The notes under the pieces are model-generated. The model saw only the letters and a list, made by a program, of their open reading frames with translations, had not been told where the DNA came from and did not search any database. A stretch of 49,544 nucleotides of DNA, counting the filler, from Candidatus Methanoxibalbensis ujae (GTDB lineage Archaea; Halobacteriota; Syntropharchaeia; Alkanophagales; Methanospirareceae): the NCBI GenBank assembly GCA_026134085.1. It is 13 parts of 13 records of this genome, joined end to end, with 100 filler letters (N's around TTAATTAATTAA, not from the genome) between each part and the next. Parts side by side here need not be neighbours in the genome. Positions count along the whole stretch, not along the records: positions 47,544 to 49,544 come from JAOQIN010000086.1; 12 more parts are not named here. One strand, 5' to 3'. The position numbers were made by a program, and so were the translations under genes. Shown piece by piece: positions 47,756 to 49,544 of the stretch; positions within the stretch are counted from its first letter, which is position 1; each line of letters opens with the position of its first letter.

Positions 47756-49264
47756 TTATGACACCGGAGCATCAGTGAATATTTGCATTTTCACGCGCAT
47801 TTCAGCGAGGTTTACCAGGGTTGCGCGGCATGTGACAGGAGAAATTCCGCGCTTTTTCTGATAAGAGGTCTGCGACTGCCATGTGCCTGAGTTTATGAGG
47901 AGCACATGTCTGTATGATGTGATGCCCACTGTATGAGTATGTCCGCAGTGCATGATGTCGGGTATGGGTTCAATGACGCCGTAATCGTGCATTGATGGGA
48001 AAACGGACACAGACCTTCCGTATATCGGAGCGACATGCCTGCGCTTCAGCATTTCAATCATAACCGCCTCTGGTTTGTCGTATTTCAAGCGCGGTATTGC
48101 GCTGATGAAGTCATCGTATGACTGGCCGTGATATATAAGCACAGTCCTTCCGCCCATGATGATATATGCGGGATTGCTGACGAAAATCGTGTTCTGGGGG
48201 AACATCTTCTGAATGTGCTGCGGGAGAGGGGGCTGAGGCTCCGCATTCCTTACGGCATCGTGGTTGCCCGGAGATAACACTATGTGAATGGATGAAGGGA
48301 GGCGCTTGAGATATGATGCGACGAGCGCATATTGCTCCTCAACATCGCGCAACTCAAGATCTCGCTCCTGCTCGGGATACACGCCGATGCCATCCACAAT
48401 ATCCCCGGCAACACATAGATAGGCGATGTTCATTGCAGCTGCATTTTCACGGATCCAATCGATGAACGAACACCATGCATCCTCCATGAAAGTCCTGCTT
48501 CCCGCATGAATGTCAGATATAAAAACTGCAACAGCGGGAGAGCCACTTATCTCATTTTCCGCTTGCTCCTTGTTTTCATAATTCCCGCGTTCAACTTTAT
48601 GATCAGAGGCAGTGTGCGGTCTGTCATGACGGATAATGGGCACATCTGGTCTTATCACGCTGTTCGCGAGCAGATATCCGCTTTCAAGAATGTGTCCGGA
48701 GACACATATGACCTCATCCTCTATGATGTTTTCCGCGAGATTTTGCCTGAGGATCACAGGTAAATAGCCCGTCATGTCCTCTATCTCAACGATTGTGTTG
48801 CCCTTGGCGGTTTTTCGCATGCTTGAGACCATGCCTATGACAGACACCTCCTCACCAACATCACGACTGTCGGTTCTGATTCTTCTCCCTCCTCTGCCGT
48901 TTGAGGTTTTGTTCATCAACGCCCTTATCTGCACCGCTCCCCTCGCACGATGCCTCAATATGCCGCTCAATCGCTCGTATCTGTCTCTGAACATATGCAG
49001 GAAGTCACTCTGAGTCCGCACATCCGTGAAAGACCTCAGCACAACTGGCTTCGGCGCAACATCGCTCACAGCACGCTTCTCGTGAGGAAAATCCGGTTCA
49101 GCCTGCACTGCCAGTTCTTTCACATAATCATTTTCATTTTCATATTCCATCATGCGAGCCGATTCTGATTGCATGCCGGGAGATGCGAGCACATGTGATA
49201 TTGGCGCTCCTTCCTCAGTCCCTTTCTCCTTTCTGTCCTCTGTGTTTCTGTCATTTCTTATCAT
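47756..49264 (-). CDS. polB: DNA polymerase D small (exonuclease) subunit DP1
   Basis: FRDRYERLS.IL, OB fold VIGMV...IEDMTG, phosphoesterase motifs SDIH, GDIVDG, PGNHD, YHG, HCGHTH, NSGTWQ. Start placed at 49264 because of the GGAGG RBS. Confidence 0.93.
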   Translation of the reverse strand: MIRNDRNTEDRKEKGTEEGAPISHVLASPGMQSESARMMEYENENDYVKELAVQAEPDFPHEKRAVSDVAPKPVVLRSFTDVRTQSDFLHMFRDRYERLSGILRHRARGAVQIRALMNKTSNGRGGRRIRTDSRDVGEEVSVIGMVSSMRKTAKGNTIVEIEDMTGYLPVILRQNLAENIIEDEVICVSGHILESGYLLANSVIRPDVPIIRHDRPHTASDHKVERGNYENKEQAENEISGSPAVAVFISDIHAGSRTFMEDAWCSFIDWIRENAAAMNIAYLCVAGDIVDGIGVYPEQERDLELRDVEEQYALVASYLKRLPSSIHIVLSPGNHDAVRNAEPQPPLPQHIQKMFPQNTIFVSNPAYIIMGGRTVLIYHGQSYDDFISAIPRLKYDKPEAVMIEMLKRRHVAPIYGRSVSVFPSMHDYGVIEPIPDIMHCGHTHTVGITSYRHVLLINSGTWQSQTSYQKKRGISPVTCRATLVNLAEMRVKMQIFTDAPVS

Positions 49265-49544
49265 GTTTCTCCCTCCATCCGCTGCCTCCATTCGCTGCCT
49301 CCATTCGCTGCCTCCATCCGCCGCCCGCAGCACCAGCAGCGCAGAAGTGGTGCTCTCCGCCACTTCTGATGAATTACTGCCTCACGATACTGAGCTTTTC
49401 ATCAGCATCTGAACCATCAGCCCTTAGCGCTCAGTGCATATTTAGGATGATGTTGCTGCCGATCCCATCCTTTTCAAATGAGCGGAAGGGGATGTGGGTG
49501 AGTCAAGTTAAATGGAAGTGACGAAGACAGTCAGGTGCAATCAT

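Overview
This window is not one locus. It is 13 short metagenome contigs in decreasing size order, joined by artificial N-TTAATTAATTAA-N linkers: 1-5430, 5531-10870, 10971-16064, 16165-21237, 21338-26272, 26373-30548, 30649-33990, 34091-37287, 37388-40277, 40378-43008, 43109-45310, 45411-47443, 47544-49544. The host is a euryarchaeon (rpl18e, rpoN, rpoK, PolD small subunit, PGF-CTERM protein, S-layer-like protein, multiheme cytochromes); an ANME-1/Alkanophagales-like affiliation is my inference. Core genes are thrC, cobT, aroA, carB, moaE, hemL, rlmH, a ribosomal protein/RNA polymerase cluster with tRNA-Pro(CGG) and tRNA-Leu(GAG), and DP1. Exact 77-bp reverse-complement end overlaps link contig 8 to contig 1 and contig 11 to contig 2. 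The first join gives the most interesting feature, an ~8.5 kb island of uncharacterised secreted and membrane proteins. It contains three promoters carrying a TGGAAC-N4-GTTCC palindrome beside a TATA box (phased arrays in two of them). Each promoter drives a signal-peptide/pro-region precursor with a different C-terminal domain, one of them a 10-Cys peptide. The island also encodes a membrane-anchored winged-HTH regulator, three paralogous PepSY-like membrane proteins and a Doc toxin with an unannotated 39-aa partner. It is a candidate regulated archaeocin or secreted-effector system. Other highlights: two integron attC-like sites next to toxin-antitoxin-type cargo; a tandem tetraheme/hexaheme cytochrome pair resembling archaeal cytochrome nanowire subunits; an S-layer-like protein ending in an unnamed domain instead of PGF-CTERM; an AAA-ATPase+PIN pair; a ParB-bearing MGE-like contig; many decayed IS elements (IS630, IS1595, IS110, IS1634, TnpB); and frequent short tandem duplications at gene boundaries. 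All family assignments come from motif recognition by eye; no searches were run.
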